This document shows, in pieces, positions 38,399 to 50,789 of a DNA stretch of 64,000 nt. Position 1 is the stretch's first letter, and the number at the start of each line of letters is the position of its first letter. Under the pieces are notes generated by a model, which saw nothing but the letters and a program-made list of their open reading frames with translations, was not told the origin of the DNA and searched no databases. The stretch is taken from contig RBZT01000861.1 of the NCBI GenBank assembly GCA_003693705.1, forward strand, positions 7,126 to 71,125, in the 5' to 3' direction. Origin of the DNA: Polymyxa betae A26-41. Taxonomy: Eukaryota > Protista > Endomyxa: Phytomyxea. The position numbers and the translations under genes are program-made.

Positions 38399-39634
38399 CT
38401 ACCCAGCAATTGTTGTGACTGGTTTCTGTTTACTTTGTTCGTGTGGCGGAAATGTTCCATAATGACTAACGTGCAAAAGCAGGGCTTTCTGTATATGTAG
38501 CCTATTATGAGTTTGATCGAATACTATGGACTCGTTGCCCTCAATATGGGCGGCTGCTACTTCACATGTTTGTCCGCTGCATGGAAGACAATGCAGGAAC
38601 ATTGCATTAGAGCCGGCACGTGACAGCATCGCTTCGGTCGTTTGGAGATTCATAACAGGCTCATTGAAATGACCATCAGTACTCTCAGAGCTATCAAACG
38701 ACATCCAGGCGTCAGTATATATAATATCGGCGTCTTCTACCGCTTTCAATGCATCGTCGACGATGTAGGCTTCACCAGGTCCGCCATTCGAAAGCTCTGG
38801 AATCTCCTATATAGAGCAATAAGCACATTCGTTATCCACCATTGTAGTACCCGACCGTTTCCAAAGCGTCCAATAACGTTTGCGGGACCGTCACATTCAT
38901 GAGATTGGCGGCCGCCAATTTCATGCCCATCATGCTGGCAGCTCTCATTAGATCCAGTGCCAGTTTTCGACGAAGATCCCCAAGATAAGCGATTTTCAGC
39001 GCCGACAAATCTCCTTTTCGTTCAAAAATAGTCATCAGATCAGTCAGAGCTGCAGCGAGTTTGTCAGAAAAATTTGATGAGAATACAACAACGAAAAGGG
39101 CTCACCTTGGCATGGATTGCCAACTGTATCTTCAGCATTGATAATAGGGACACGACTATGTTTTGATAATGCCTCCACGCCGATCTGGTTCTCCATCCCA
39201 GATACGATCATGTCTGCATACGTCCCGAAAACAATACCAGCTTCCGATAAGGTTCGAGTGTGCTTATCGTTTGGCAAATCCCAGGTCCGATATGTTGTTC
39301 CATTTCCTCCCAGTTGCACAAGCGCCACTTCAAAAGATAGCCTGGTTCGTATTGATGGGCGATCTAAGACAATGACAGCAGTTCGGCGATTCAAAGCATC
39401 CGAATGCAGTGTCGGGTCCTTTTTCAGATCCAGAGCGCATTTCAAAATCGAATCGATTTCTTCCGCTTTCAGATCTGACAATTTGAATATGTGGCGAGGA
39501 TGTCGAGGAGGCATCACTTTCTCAGGAGGAGGAGGATGGAAAATTTCAGTGGCGTGCGTCGTCGCCCAACGTGCTTGCTGGAAGCCGAGTTTGGCGCGCA
39601 GCGCCCTTACGTTAGATGAAATTCGAGGCAGCAT
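38399..39634 (-). CDS. Ornithine carbamoyltransferase-like protein with degenerate active site, mitochondrial presequence, 2 introns
   Basis: PSIRTRLSFEVA, VPIINA...NPCQ, KIAYLGD, ADIIYTDAWMS, FLHCLP, SIVFDQTHNRLH. Confidence 0.85.
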
Positions 39635-40293
39635 AAGTAAAGATTACAATATTTTGAGGCCGCTTTTAAAACTCAATTAATGCGAGCAATCATGCATTCA
39701 TCTAGTTAAGGATTCGTCCGAATCAGAGTTGTTCACACCTTTCTGCTCTGATTATTTCATCGAGGATGATTACATTACGGTCAGGAATGCTGAAAGAAGT
39801 AAATACTGAAGATTTCGTGAACAGTATTAATACAGTTCTCCTTCCGAAATATGTATCCGTTTCCTTCAACTTCCAGCAGTTGCACGAAGCCACATAATCG
39901 TCTCCTGGACGTGGAGCTCTTCAGGAAAAAAATTTTTCATCCCGTATGAGAATTCAACTTCATGTATTCATCAGAGGCAAGCAAGCCTAGAGCTAGGCAA
40001 AGGCATCCGACGGCGGCTATGTCCTGAAGACTCCAGAACCATCGTCTGATGAGCCAAGCATTGCAAGTGATAGACTCTTGCCTCATTATGAGTGAGAAAG
40101 AGCGACCCCAACATCTCCCAGTGACATTCACGTTACCGCTAATATGAGCAACAGTCGAAATGGAGCCACCCACAATAAGCCATGAGCGTTGGTTGGGCTG
40201 CGTCGTCTGTGCTTCTGCAAAGTGGCACCCATTCGTATAATATTCCGCTTACGGGATTCCTCTTCAATATATTCACTCTCTATCCTGGCGCCA

Positions 40294-41186
40294 ATGGTCG
40301 ACGCCAAAGTACGGGGCGCCTTCATCCTGTTCGAGGGCATCGACCGATGCGGCAAAAGCACGCAGGCTCGTTGCTTGCTGGATGCGCTGAGGTCGCAAGG
40401 GCTCCAGGTCGAGATCATCAATTTCCCGAGTCCGTAGCGTTTTCCATGGCCAAATGAGGCTTGTTGTGAATTTATTCTCGGTGTTCAGATAGGACTACAC
40501 CGATCGGGAAAATCATCAACGAATACCTGATTGGAAACACGGATATCAACGGCCAAGTTGTCATTTGGAACTGTTAATGATGCATGCAATTTAGCTCAGC
40601 ATTATAGGCGTTGCATCTGATGTTCTCTGCCAACCGTTGGGAGATGAAGTAAAGCGATTGGAAACTTGCATCCGCTCTTGATTCTGATGTTCTACTGCTC
40701 AGAGAGTACATTGAATCAAGATTGGCGTCTGGAACCAGTTTAATCGTCGATCGATATGTTTACTCTGGCATTGCCTTCTCTGTTGCCAAAGTGTTACATT
40801 TTGTATATTACAACTTTCCCTAAAACTCGTCTAGGGACTGGATATCGAGTGGTGTAAATCCTCAGATATTGGTTTGCCTAACCCTGACATTACTATCCTT
40901 CTGGATATGTCGATCGATGAAACGCAACGCCGAAGTGGTTATGGCCAAGAACGTTATGAGAATGAAGCGATGCAAACCCAGGTCCGAAGAATTTTTCAGA
41001 TGTTGCAGCGTCCTGAATGGAAGGTAGCGACATTTCCAAGACTGAACATCGCTGACAATATTCTCCTAGATCGTTAATGCGGCTAGGCCCATGGACGTTG
41101 TTCACAGAGAAATCAGGTCGTTCGTCATGTCTGATCTTGAACGTATCATGAAGAACCCAATTTCACACATTGCCGCTGAGATCTGA
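40294..41186 (+). CDS. DTYMK: Thymidylate (dTMP) kinase, multi-exon
   Basis: RGAFILFEGIDRCGKSTQ, FPNRTTPIG, HLMFSANRWE, VDRYVYSGIAFS, GLPNPD, YGQERYE. Confidence 0.95.
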
Positions 41187-41404
41187 TTGCCATTATCGGA
41201 GATTTGAGTATATATTGCAGTTCAAAATACAGGAATTTATTCATTGCCCTCTTTTTTCTCGTGTGAATTTGGAAATTGATCAGTGTTGATTTTGTGATGC
41301 TTAAAGCAATCCTGTTCAGGGTTCCCGAATGGATCGCGATACTATAAAGCCTCTAGGTGTTGATGGTTCCGTAAACAGACAATCATTCCGCATCTATTAT
41401 AGAA

Positions 41405-42920
41405 ATGGCGGCTGATGGCGCTCCTCTACTACCCTGGGTTGAGAAATAGTGGGTTTCGTCTGGTCCTTTGCCATGACTTTCTGAACCGTGCGCTGATAGC
41501 CGACCCAAGACGCTTGACGAAGTCGAACACCAGGAAGACGTTGTGAAATCCTTGAAACGCAGTCTCGAGACTCGTGAAGTACTCGATTTGGATATTTCGT
41601 CTCGTTTTCAAGGCTGAAGTATGGTTCAGCTTCCACATTTGCTGTTCTATGGGCCACCTGGAACTGGGAAAACGAGTACAATTTTAGCAGCAGCCAGACA
41701 ACTTTATGGGTTCGTGTTGAGCCAAATGGTTCGATGTTTCAGAGTATTTACATGGATCTTCAGACCTACGCTGCTCAAATCTCGTGTAAAAGAGCTTAAC
41801 GCCTCCGATGAACGTGGAATCGATGTTGTTCGCACGAAAATCAAAGAATTTGCCCAAGTCTCTGTCGGAAATGAAAGGACGCCGTATGGACTGTAATTTT
41901 CTAATCATCTTCAGTTCTAAGATGCGGTTTAGTGGATACCCATGCCCACCATACAAAATTATTATTCTGGATGAATGCGATTCCATGGTGCGTGTTTAGC
42001 TGATTTTGCTGAGCGAATTGTTTGAATTGCATTGCAGACGCAAGACGCTCAATCCGCCCTTCGACGAATTATGGAGAACCATTCCAAAGTCACTCGATTC
42101 TGTCTAATTTGTAATGAGGTCTGCCACATTTGCTGTCGCTAAAGCTTTCAACGCAGGCAACTACGTAACTCGAATTATTGAACCCATCGCTTCTCGATGC
42201 GCCAAATTCCGGTTTAAGCCGCTGATTCCTCGCTCAATTACAAGGAGGTGAGCGCCTTACAAGCAACAAGAGAGCTGGAGCTGAATGCGAGGTTTTAGGA
42301 TTTCACTCATTTGCGAGTCAGAGCGTATTACCATTTCAGAGGATGCTGTTCAAATTCTGCAGAGTTTATCGTTCGGTGATATGCGAAACGTAAGATGCTG
42401 CTGCGATTTATTTCATTAAATTAAACCCATTTCTTAGGCCATTAATATGCTTCAAAGTGCCCAATTGCTTCACGATCCAGAGGATCCGATCACTCCTGAG
42501 GTAGTCCTTATCCCTCTGTATACGATTTCGCTTAACTTGTTGAAAGACCATCATGGAGATCGCCGGCAACGTTCCAGAAGCTGTGGCATTATCGCTGCTT
42601 GAAGCGACTAATCGCAATGCTGGCATTCCCGTTATTGAAGCTGCCGTTCGCGATGTGGTGGCGAACGGCTATCCTGCTGGGAAGGTTCTAGAGCAGTTCC
42701 AGGTACGATCCTCATGGGCGCTTTTGTCGAGGGTATTAATATATTCGCTGTTCAGGTCGTGGTAGAAAACGACTCTACATTGACGGATGCATCCAAGTCT
42801 CTGATCTGTTTGAAAATTGGCGACATGGACCAGGCGCTCGCTGAAGGTGCAGATGAGTACCTGCAGCTGCTTTCACTATTGACATACACCAGCAAGATAC
42901 GAACAAATCAGCGCATTTGA
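41405..42920 (+). CDS. RFC4: Replication factor C small subunit (human RFC4 / yeast Rfc2), multi-exon
   Basis: [86 protein letters not shown]. Confidence 0.94.
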
Positions 42921-43881
42921 AAATGTCCAATACACGATTACGAATTCGCATCAATTGCAAACAAATTTGTTTGAGAGAAATCGCCTTTTACGTGGCAAAT
43001 CTGCTCTCAAGTGATACGTTTCGAACGCATTATGTCAATAGCGTTCAACGTGCGCACGACGGGTTGAATGGTGCCGCTGGAATGATGGTAAGGACCATGC
43101 CAGAGCACAAGGCATTGGATTTGGCAGCTAAGCATGCCTGAGTCCTGAAGATACTCGAGAGAGAGTCACTGAAAAATTCGTCCCCGTGCCAGTCTTCTGG
43201 GATGGTGCGACTTTCACTTAATCTGAATTAGAATTCATCACAATTTGTCCATTATATCTACTAATGATATCGTCTGTCGTTGATTCGTTGTAGCAGCATG
43301 CAAAACATGATTATGGCTCAGGCATTGATGGCTGATGAAGCGTTTCCATTGACTGTTTAACCAAACCTATTCCTGCATGAAGCAGGAGTTGCTGGAGACG
43401 TTCCGAAATGAGGAGACCGATGTATCAGATAAACATCAACCAATCTCAATTGTCGAAGATGCCCGGAGCAGATTTCGCTGATTTCAGGATTGCGTCCGTT
43501 TAGGAGCAGATAACCCAAACATGTATTAAGGCAGGAATATCACATAATTAAATGGGATTAGAAATACCTTGAAGCCATGAAATAGACTATTTGAGTTGTC
43601 CAGCGTCGAAGGACCTGGTTTGCCATCCGCAGCCGATCTAAAGATAACACCGAGCAACCAATAAGCAGATGCATAATCATTCCATTTTGATCGCGCTGCG
43701 CTAACTTCAGCATTATCCGATTTTCAGTGAAATGACGCCAGGATCAATGGTTTAATCCAAGGCAAGAGAAATAGACGACATGTCTATGCAGTATCTAATG
43801 AGACTGCAACAGCAAATCCACCACGTTGGTCCATACGATATCAAATCCCAGACTTAACAGAAGTCATGATAGTCTCAACAA

Positions 43882-45526
43882 TTAAAGTTCGGTTTTATCA
43901 GCTCTTCTAGTTAGCCCAGTATTGACGTCCGATGTCGGACGGCGATCTAAATCCTGTTTCAACATGAGCGCCGCATTTCGACCGCTAATGGCTGAAATCT
44001 CAATGCATGACCCTCCCGATTCGATTGCATTCAAGTAATACAAACCATCGGACAATGAGAATTCGGGCATGTGCTGGCCAGCATGGTATTTCGGATACGC
44101 ATCCCAAGCTGCTGTGGCCAAGACCTTGTAACCGGTTTTGAATAAAGATCGTAGAGCCGCATCTTCTAGCGCGTTTTCTGAAAACAACTTCACCACGTAT
44201 CCGTCGTTTTCCAGGTTCATCAAGATGCTGAAAGCAGCGAAAGGCGCGGTCGAAGTGGTTCCAACAGTAGTCGGGAGCTCAGATATTGAATCTTTACCGA
44301 AATATTCTGAGATAGATTTAGTTAAATGTTCAACATTGGAATGCAGTATTGATAACCTGGCTGTATGTGGCCCTTCACGATCGTTGTGTGCAACTGTTGG
44401 TATTCTCTTTCTGGCGGAACGATAATATCGTCGCCTTCAAATTGAATTTTAGCATGTTCTAACGGAGTGGCAATGACGATTTTATCAAACGTGTGGTAAT
44501 TTCGATCTCCCTCAATCGTTAAGTTCCACTGAATTTGATCACTTTCTTGGTTGTAGAATTGGGAAATTTTCGTGACTTTGTGTGATAAAAGAAGATTCGA
44601 TCCACTTTCTTCTAACAGGCGCGAAACTAACTTTGAATTTCCTTCTTCAATCCGAAACACCTTAAAACGTTATCTCTTGAATTAGGAAAAGAAACTGTGC
44701 GATTTACCTCTTCTTTTCCGGAATACAAAGGCGCCAAGCCGATTTGACCAACCAGTGAATGCATAGTATTGGGCGACTGAAGATAGTTGATATGCGTGAT
44801 AGAAGAAAGAAATTCATCGATAAATCCAGAAGAAATAAACGGATAAACGGGAAAGAAGGATGACTGCAGCAAAGTTTCTTTTAAGGTTTGTTTTGTGTAT
44901 GACAAAAGTGACAATGCATTCCATAATTCTGCAGACGTGCGAAATCCGACGCCTTTATCTTGGAAGCTGTAGATCTGATTAAAATCAGAAACTAAAGAAG
45001 TGATTTGGGGTGTCACAAGGAAATGTGCAAATCCATATTGGGCAACCATTTTAGACAAGGAAACCTATTTGCGAACTAAGCAATTCATCACCAAATGGGC
45101 AACAGCAGTATTTACAAGAGTAGACGTTGAACTTTGGAATATGATATCGGTGCCATTGAAAACTGCATAAGAACCTCGAACAGATAATGGTGAAGTAACA
45201 GTTAGGTTCAGTTTTGTGGCAATATCGTGGAAGTAATGATTAGCTTTGACACCGATAGATCCGCCTAGTTCTAAATTGGTATCATTGAAGACAAACGACT
45301 TCAATCGGCCTCCAACGACCTCATCTTAATCGCATTGAATAAATGAACTCTCGGAATAGCCATCAATACTTCTCTCGAAAACCGTGACTTTCGCGTCTGG
45401 GAATAGATTTCGGATGAAATACGAGGCTGATGCTCCTCCAATGCCAGCACCGACGATGGCAACATCTAAAGAAGCTACTACAGATATGACAAGAATGTAG
45501 ATGGCGACTATCGATAGGCAAGACAT
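43882..45526 (-). CDS. PCYOX1: Prenylcysteine oxidase / farnesylcysteine lyase with signal peptide and KTEL C-terminus, multi-exon
   Basis: Signal peptide, VAIVGAGIGGASASYF, VGGRL, ELGGSI, IEEGNSKL, VIATPL, WDAYP, LYYLNAIE..GSCIEISAISGRNAA. Confidence 0.87.
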
Positions 45527-46181
45527 ATTGCAGAATGCAACATAATGAACGGGGCATTCCCCATCACCCCTTGTATTTGATAGTCATGACAGCACCCCTA
45601 AACCCTAAAAACCAGTGCCCGTCGGAGCGTTTAAAAATGGAAAAGAAAACCGAAAGCGAGGAATTCTTATTTTATTTTGAATGATCTCACATTGAAGGGA
45701 AATTATTATAAAAGAATGCCCTGAAACGGCATATCCAATCGACAATCGAAGGCATCCCTTTCGTCAGCAACATGTTGACTAAACCTGATGGCGTTGTTTC
45801 GGTTAAACCTCGGGCCGGTTGCGGCTCGTCATTGGAGCGCCGTAACTCGTTGGAGCTGGTTTAGTTCAGATCGAATGAATTCCGAGAGCTCCGGGATCGC
45901 CTCCTGATCACACAGCATCCATCTTCATAGACCAGCCAAATCTCCAGTCGTCGTCGCTCACGCATCTGGCAGATAACCCTTGACAGTCGTCAGCTCCAGT
46001 GCCAAAGAACCCTGGGAGCCACGAACCCTAGCCGCAGTCAACATCCAACAGTGCAGAAGTTTCTTAATCATAGTCAACTGATTTTGCCATTGCCGAAACC
46101 CTAATCGCAGTCGAGAGGTTTAACGTAAGCCAATCCAGTCGAGAGATTCACTCATTACTTCATTTCGATTTGTTATCGAAT

Positions 46182-47453
46182 ATGGTGCGACAGCGATCCT
46201 ATGATATAGGCATCGTCGGGGCGACCGGCTACACCGGTCGTCTCGTCATGCAAAGCTTGAGCAGAGCGCGCCCTGACCTCAAGATCGTGGCGTCGTCTCG
46301 TCAGCCCGATCAGCTAACAAAATTGGCGCATAGTATGGGCTCGATTATCAGCGCTTGGCCGAAAGCTGTCGATACTAACATGTATAACACGCTGGTGGAC
46401 TTCGTATCTCATGCCAAGGTTATTATAGCCTGTGCTGGGCCATTCTACGAGATCGGAATTTCGGTAGTGAAAGCCTGCGTCGAGACCGGCACTCATTATG
46501 TTGATATCACCGGAGAAGTCGACTTCATGCGACGACTTATCGACGCTTTTGGCGCCCATGCTCGAATTGGCAACGTTCTCGTCGTTCCAGCTTGCGGTTT
46601 CGATAGCGTACCGTCAGATATGGGCGTATTTAGCTTGCAGAAGACTGCACCGTCCCCATTGATTCGTGTTGTCAATTATGTCGAGTGGAAAGCCTCATAC
46701 AGTGGCGGCACGATTCGAACCCTCTTCTCAACGATGAAAGATCCTTCTCGAAAGTTGATTCTGCACGACGCATTTGCACTCAACGAACGCCTCGACGAAA
46801 CCGTTTCTCCCGGGAAGATGCCGAGCAAGTTCGAGATGGATATTCATGGAATCTCCTTCGAGCACAAACTTCGTAAATGGCTATGTCCTTCAATAATGGC
46901 GCCTATCAACACACGAGTTGTTCGACGTACTGTGTCTCTGTCTAGAGTGCACCCAGAACATCATCTGAATTTCCATAACGATTTTGTCTATCGCGAGGTG
47001 AACCAATCTTCATCGCTCTTGAGCGCTATCGGTCCTACAGTTTTATCATTAGCGCTGTCTCCTGTAAAATGGGTACTCTCGTGGTCTGTCTTCAATCGAA
47101 TGCTGTCTTGGATCATACCATCATCGGGCGAAAAAGGCGGGCCGTCTGCCGAGCAGCGTAAAGGGCATCACTTCCGGTATCTTTTGATGGGATCGTGTCA
47201 GAATGGTGAAGAAGTCGAAGTTCAAGTTTTTGGTGGAGATCCGTATGATGTTACTGGTGAAACAGCAGCGCTAGCAGCAATCTGTATTTTGGAGAACGAG
47301 GAAGCTCTGTTACAGGAGCTAAACGGTGGTGGAGTCTTTACTCCTGCATACGCGCTCGGCGAGAAATATCTGAAGAAATTGCAGTCTTCTGAGGTGTTAA
47401 AATTCGACATCAAAGGAGGTCAGGATAACTGGGTGTCAATCGCTAGCGGTTAA
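46182..47453 (+). CDS. SCCPDH: Saccharopine dehydrogenase-like oxidoreductase, tandem copy 1, intronless
   Basis: IVGATGYTG, ACAGPF, GTHYVDITGE, VPACGFDSVPSDMG, SGGT, GGVFTPA. Confidence 0.9.
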   Translation: MVRQRSYDIGIVGATGYTGRLVMQSLSRARPDLKIVASSRQPDQLTKLAHSMGSIISAWPKAVDTNMYNTLVDFVSHAKVIIACAGPFYEIGISVVKACVETGTHYVDITGEVDFMRRLIDAFGAHARIGNVLVVPACGFDSVPSDMGVFSLQKTAPSPLIRVVNYVEWKASYSGGTIRTLFSTMKDPSRKLILHDAFALNERLDETVSPGKMPSKFEMDIHGISFEHKLRKWLCPSIMAPINTRVVRRTVSLSRVHPEHHLNFHNDFVYREVNQSSSLLSAIGPTVLSLALSPVKWVLSWSVFNRMLSWIIPSSGEKGGPSAEQRKGHHFRYLLMGSCQNGEEVEVQVFGGDPYDVTGETAALAAICILENEEALLQELNGGGVFTPAYALGEKYLKKLQSSEVLKFDIKGGQDNWVSIASG

Positions 47454-47621
47454 TCGTTATCATAGGAGGCAAGCCTGTTACGGCAGGTTAATAGAACCGA
47501 AATACATTTGACATGTTTGTTGTGCATTATCAGCCGAACGGCCCCAAAATTAATGAACATTTTTGGATTTCGGAGACCGCCTTCAGTAGTTCATAAAATT
47601 CTCAAATTCAGATTCGTTAAA

Positions 47622-48887
47622 ATGGCTCCCAGTCGCCGCCCTTACCAAGTGGGTGTCATTGGTGCAACTGGTTTCACAGGTCGCCTTGTGATGCGTCGCC
47701 TAATTCGCAATCGGCCCGAGCTTCGTATTTTGTCATCATCCCGAAAGCCGGATGCATTGAAGGCGATCGTGGAAGGCATGAACATTCCGGGCATAACAGC
47801 TTGGGATCATCCTGTCAGCTCAGAATCATATAACAGTCTAGTTGACTTCGTATCTCTGGTCGATGTTGTCATCGCCTGCGCTGGTCCGTTCTTCGATGTC
47901 GGCATGCCGGTTGTACGCGCTTGCGTTCAACGAGGCACCCATTACGTCGATATCAACGCTGAGATTGATTTCATTCGAAGGGTAATCGATGAATTCGGGG
48001 CCCATGCCCGTTCTGGAAATGTACTCGTGTTGCCCGCCTGCGGCTTCAATTGCGTTGCCGATATGAGTGTCCTGTTTGCACAACAGCTGACCCAATCTCC
48101 CATCACGCGTGTCTTAAATTTGGTTTCTATGAAGTCGTCGATGAGTGGCGGATCGTTCAAGACACTATTAGCCGTCGCGAACGACGAGAGTCGCTGGCGT
48201 GTAATTCGCGACGCTTTTGCATTAAACGAGCACCTTGATCCGGTGTGTGGTCCAACATCCGACCCGACCGATTTCGAAGCGGATGCGTTCGCTTTAAAAT
48301 ACGACAATGATCGTGGAAAGTGGACTGGCCCTAGTGCCACAGCCGTCGTCGATACCAGAATTGTTCGACGAACGGCGTCGCTCGCTCGCCTCCATCCCGA
48401 ACGCCATTTCAAACTGAATCCAAAGTTCGAGTACCGCGAACTGCACGAATCAGATTCGTTTCTGTCTGCCGTTGTCCCAACCACTCTGGCGATGTTGCAG
48501 TCGCCAGTAAAGTGGGCATTGTCAATGCCATTAATCAATCGAGTTACAGAAATGCTGATGCCACAACCCAAGGACGAATCTGGTCCAGATGAACTCACAC
48601 GACGTGAGAATTGGTTCCGATTCCGAATCGAGGCCAAGACCGAGCAAAACGAGCAGATTCTCTTCGACCTTGCTGGCGGTGATTTCTACGACGTTTCCGC
48701 CGAGACGGCGGCCCTAGCGGCTATCTGTATCCTCGACGAGAAAGAGGCGATTCTTAAAGAGCTTCAAGGCGGCGGCATTTTCACACCGGCATTCGCTTTA
48801 GGCGAACGATACCTCGGACGTCTGAAGACGTCCCCTTTGCTGAAATTCCAATGCAAACAAGTCGAAGGTGCTGTCGCTGCTGCCTAA
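47622..48887 (+). CDS. SCCPDH: Saccharopine dehydrogenase-like oxidoreductase, tandem copy 2, intronless
   Basis: VIGATGFTG, ACAGPF, GTHYVDINAE, LPACGFNCVADMS, SGGS, GGIFTPA; collinear paralog of the upstream gene. Confidence 0.9.
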   Translation: MAPSRRPYQVGVIGATGFTGRLVMRRLIRNRPELRILSSSRKPDALKAIVEGMNIPGITAWDHPVSSESYNSLVDFVSLVDVVIACAGPFFDVGMPVVRACVQRGTHYVDINAEIDFIRRVIDEFGAHARSGNVLVLPACGFNCVADMSVLFAQQLTQSPITRVLNLVSMKSSMSGGSFKTLLAVANDESRWRVIRDAFALNEHLDPVCGPTSDPTDFEADAFALKYDNDRGKWTGPSATAVVDTRIVRRTASLARLHPERHFKLNPKFEYRELHESDSFLSAVVPTTLAMLQSPVKWALSMPLINRVTEMLMPQPKDESGPDELTRRENWFRFRIEAKTEQNEQILFDLAGGDFYDVSAETAALAAICILDEKEAILKELQGGGIFTPAFALGERYLGRLKTSPLLKFQCKQVEGAVAAA

Positions 48888-48935
48888 AGGCCCTCCTTTC
48901 AAAAGGATCGCGTGTGTCTGTTTTTTTATCAAGAA

Positions 48936-49011
48936 TAGCTCAAAACAGCTTTATTGAGAATGTTGGACCAATTAGCTCAAACAGCTTTTATTATGGGTGT
49001 TGGTCCAATTA
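48936..49011. repeat. Imperfect ~37-bp tandem duplication
   Basis: TAGCTCAAAACAGCTTTATTGAGAATGTTGGACCAAT followed by TAGCTCAAACAGCTTTTATTATGGGTGTTGGTCCAAT. Confidence 0.75.
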
Positions 49012-49393
49012 GGTGGCAAATCTGATAATAAGCGAGAGATAGATGACCAAGCACAGAATCAGAATGAAGGGATAGCCTCGATTAGCAATAGCCCGGGCGT
49101 AACGATCAGGCGACTGATCAAATAGGATCACGTTGGCGACCAGCAAGATCGGTGCGACTACCGATAGAACCGCTCTGTTCACACAACGATTCATGAAAGT
49201 CGGAAGGGCATTGAGACTTAGATGCCTACATGACGATAGCTCCAGCAATATGGAGCGTGCGGGGACGATTTTTTCCGATGATGATCGGATCATCGTCCAA
49301 TAAATCGGCGTTCCTCAAGGTCTCAAGATCTTCGATTACAATTCGATTCAAGGGCGTTTTCAGCGATTGCTCACTAAACATCGACCCTTCCAT
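49009..49393 (-). CDS. Small two-transmembrane hypothetical protein (~109 aa), one intron
   Basis: MEGSMFSEQ...RTLHIAGAIVIAVLSVVAPILLVANVILF...YPFILILCLVIYLSLIIRFAT*; a GT-AG intron joins the two frames. Confidence 0.6.
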
Positions 49394-49472
49394 GATCGGC
49401 AAGCCTTTGTCGAAATGGCCGGCTCAATGCGGAAGAAGCAGAGGATGAGTCATGAATGGGTTTAAGACATTA

Positions 49473-50789
49473 TCAGCATTTATGAGATCCGTTCTTAGGG
49501 ACGTTCTTGAAATGGTCGTAGATCACTGAGAAATCTTTTGCTTCGAATCCTTTTTCGCAAAGATACGAATAGATATCGTGTGATTTGGTCGTTAGCGGGA
49601 TCTCGGCCGTTACTTGTTTTGCTGCCTGACCATCAATCAACAAGTTAGTATCGTATTACCGAGTCTCAACAAGCGCCTGGGATACCTGAATTGCTAGCGT
49701 AAGGTCCTTCAGCATCAAGGCGCAAGCGAAGCCGCCATCGTAACTATTTGACGACGGGATGCCTTTCATAACGCCTGGAACAGGATTATAGCTATCGCTG
49801 GACCAACAGCGACCTGAGCTCGTATTGATGATCTCAGCGAGCACTTTCGGGTCCATGCCTAGCTTCACACCAATATTCATACCTGCGAGCACATGGTCAG
49901 CAGCCAGGCAACCAACGACAGTTTCGATTAAAGACCTTCTGCTAGACCGATCATGCTTACTGCCAAGATCAGGTTATTTGTCAGCTTGGCGACCTGACCC
50001 ATACCGCTCTTTCTGCACCGATAGGTGAACAATTTTTCAAAAGTTCAAACAAGTCGCTAACCCACAATATTTGATGTTTTTACCCATCGCGTTGAACAAC
50101 GGGTGGATCTTCTTCAAAACATCTTCATCGCCGCCCACCATGAATGTCAATGTCGCTGCAAAAGTTTGTTGAAAATGTGTCAACTAATGAGGGTAGGCAA
50201 GACCTTTAGCAGCGCCGGTGACGCCGCCGCTTACCGGAGCATCCAGCATCAAAACTTGGCTTTGTTTGGCTTCGGTCGAGACTTTCTGAGCGGTCTGTGG
50301 GTCGATCGTCGAACAATCAACCAGAACAGTGTCGGGATTGGCAGCCTTCAAGATCTCTTGGGCGACTTGGCTCACCTGGTCGAAACATTCACAATAAGTT
50401 CTAACGATAAAAAAAGGGAGATCGCAAAACTTTGCAAAAACATCGATTTGGGTAAACTTCACTTACTTGTTCGGGCGTTCTTAGCATAGTGAAAATAATT
50501 TCGGATTTCTTCGCCAATGCTTCGATAGAATCAGCGATGTCGATTCCCGATGTCTTAAACTTGTCTAATGCATTTTTGTTGGTGTCGAAGACGGTTAACG
50601 CCTGCCCTGCTGCAGCCAGATTCGTGGCCATGGGACCTGTGATAGCAGTACATTCGAATTCCCGTCTGCCGCCCGACGATCGTCAGCCTGACCTCCCATA
50701 TGCCCCAGTCCGATGAAACCGACATTGAAAATCGCAGGGCCAGACGAAAACCTCCTCAGCAGATAAGATCTGCACCCACGAGACAGCAT
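49473..50789 (-). CDS. HIBADH: Mitochondrial 3-hydroxyisobutyrate dehydrogenase, multi-exon
   Basis: [78 protein letters not shown]. Confidence 0.95.

Noticed and set aside
42983-42993. CGCCTTTTAC, identical to U5 snRNA loop I
   Set aside because: Flanks do not form the U5 stem; no internal-loop CCG or well-placed Sm site
43326-43380. LMADEAFPL...LTKPIP resembling a PIF/Harbinger transposase motif
   Set aside because: Needs a frameshift; no other DDE motifs, terminal inverted repeats or long ORF nearby
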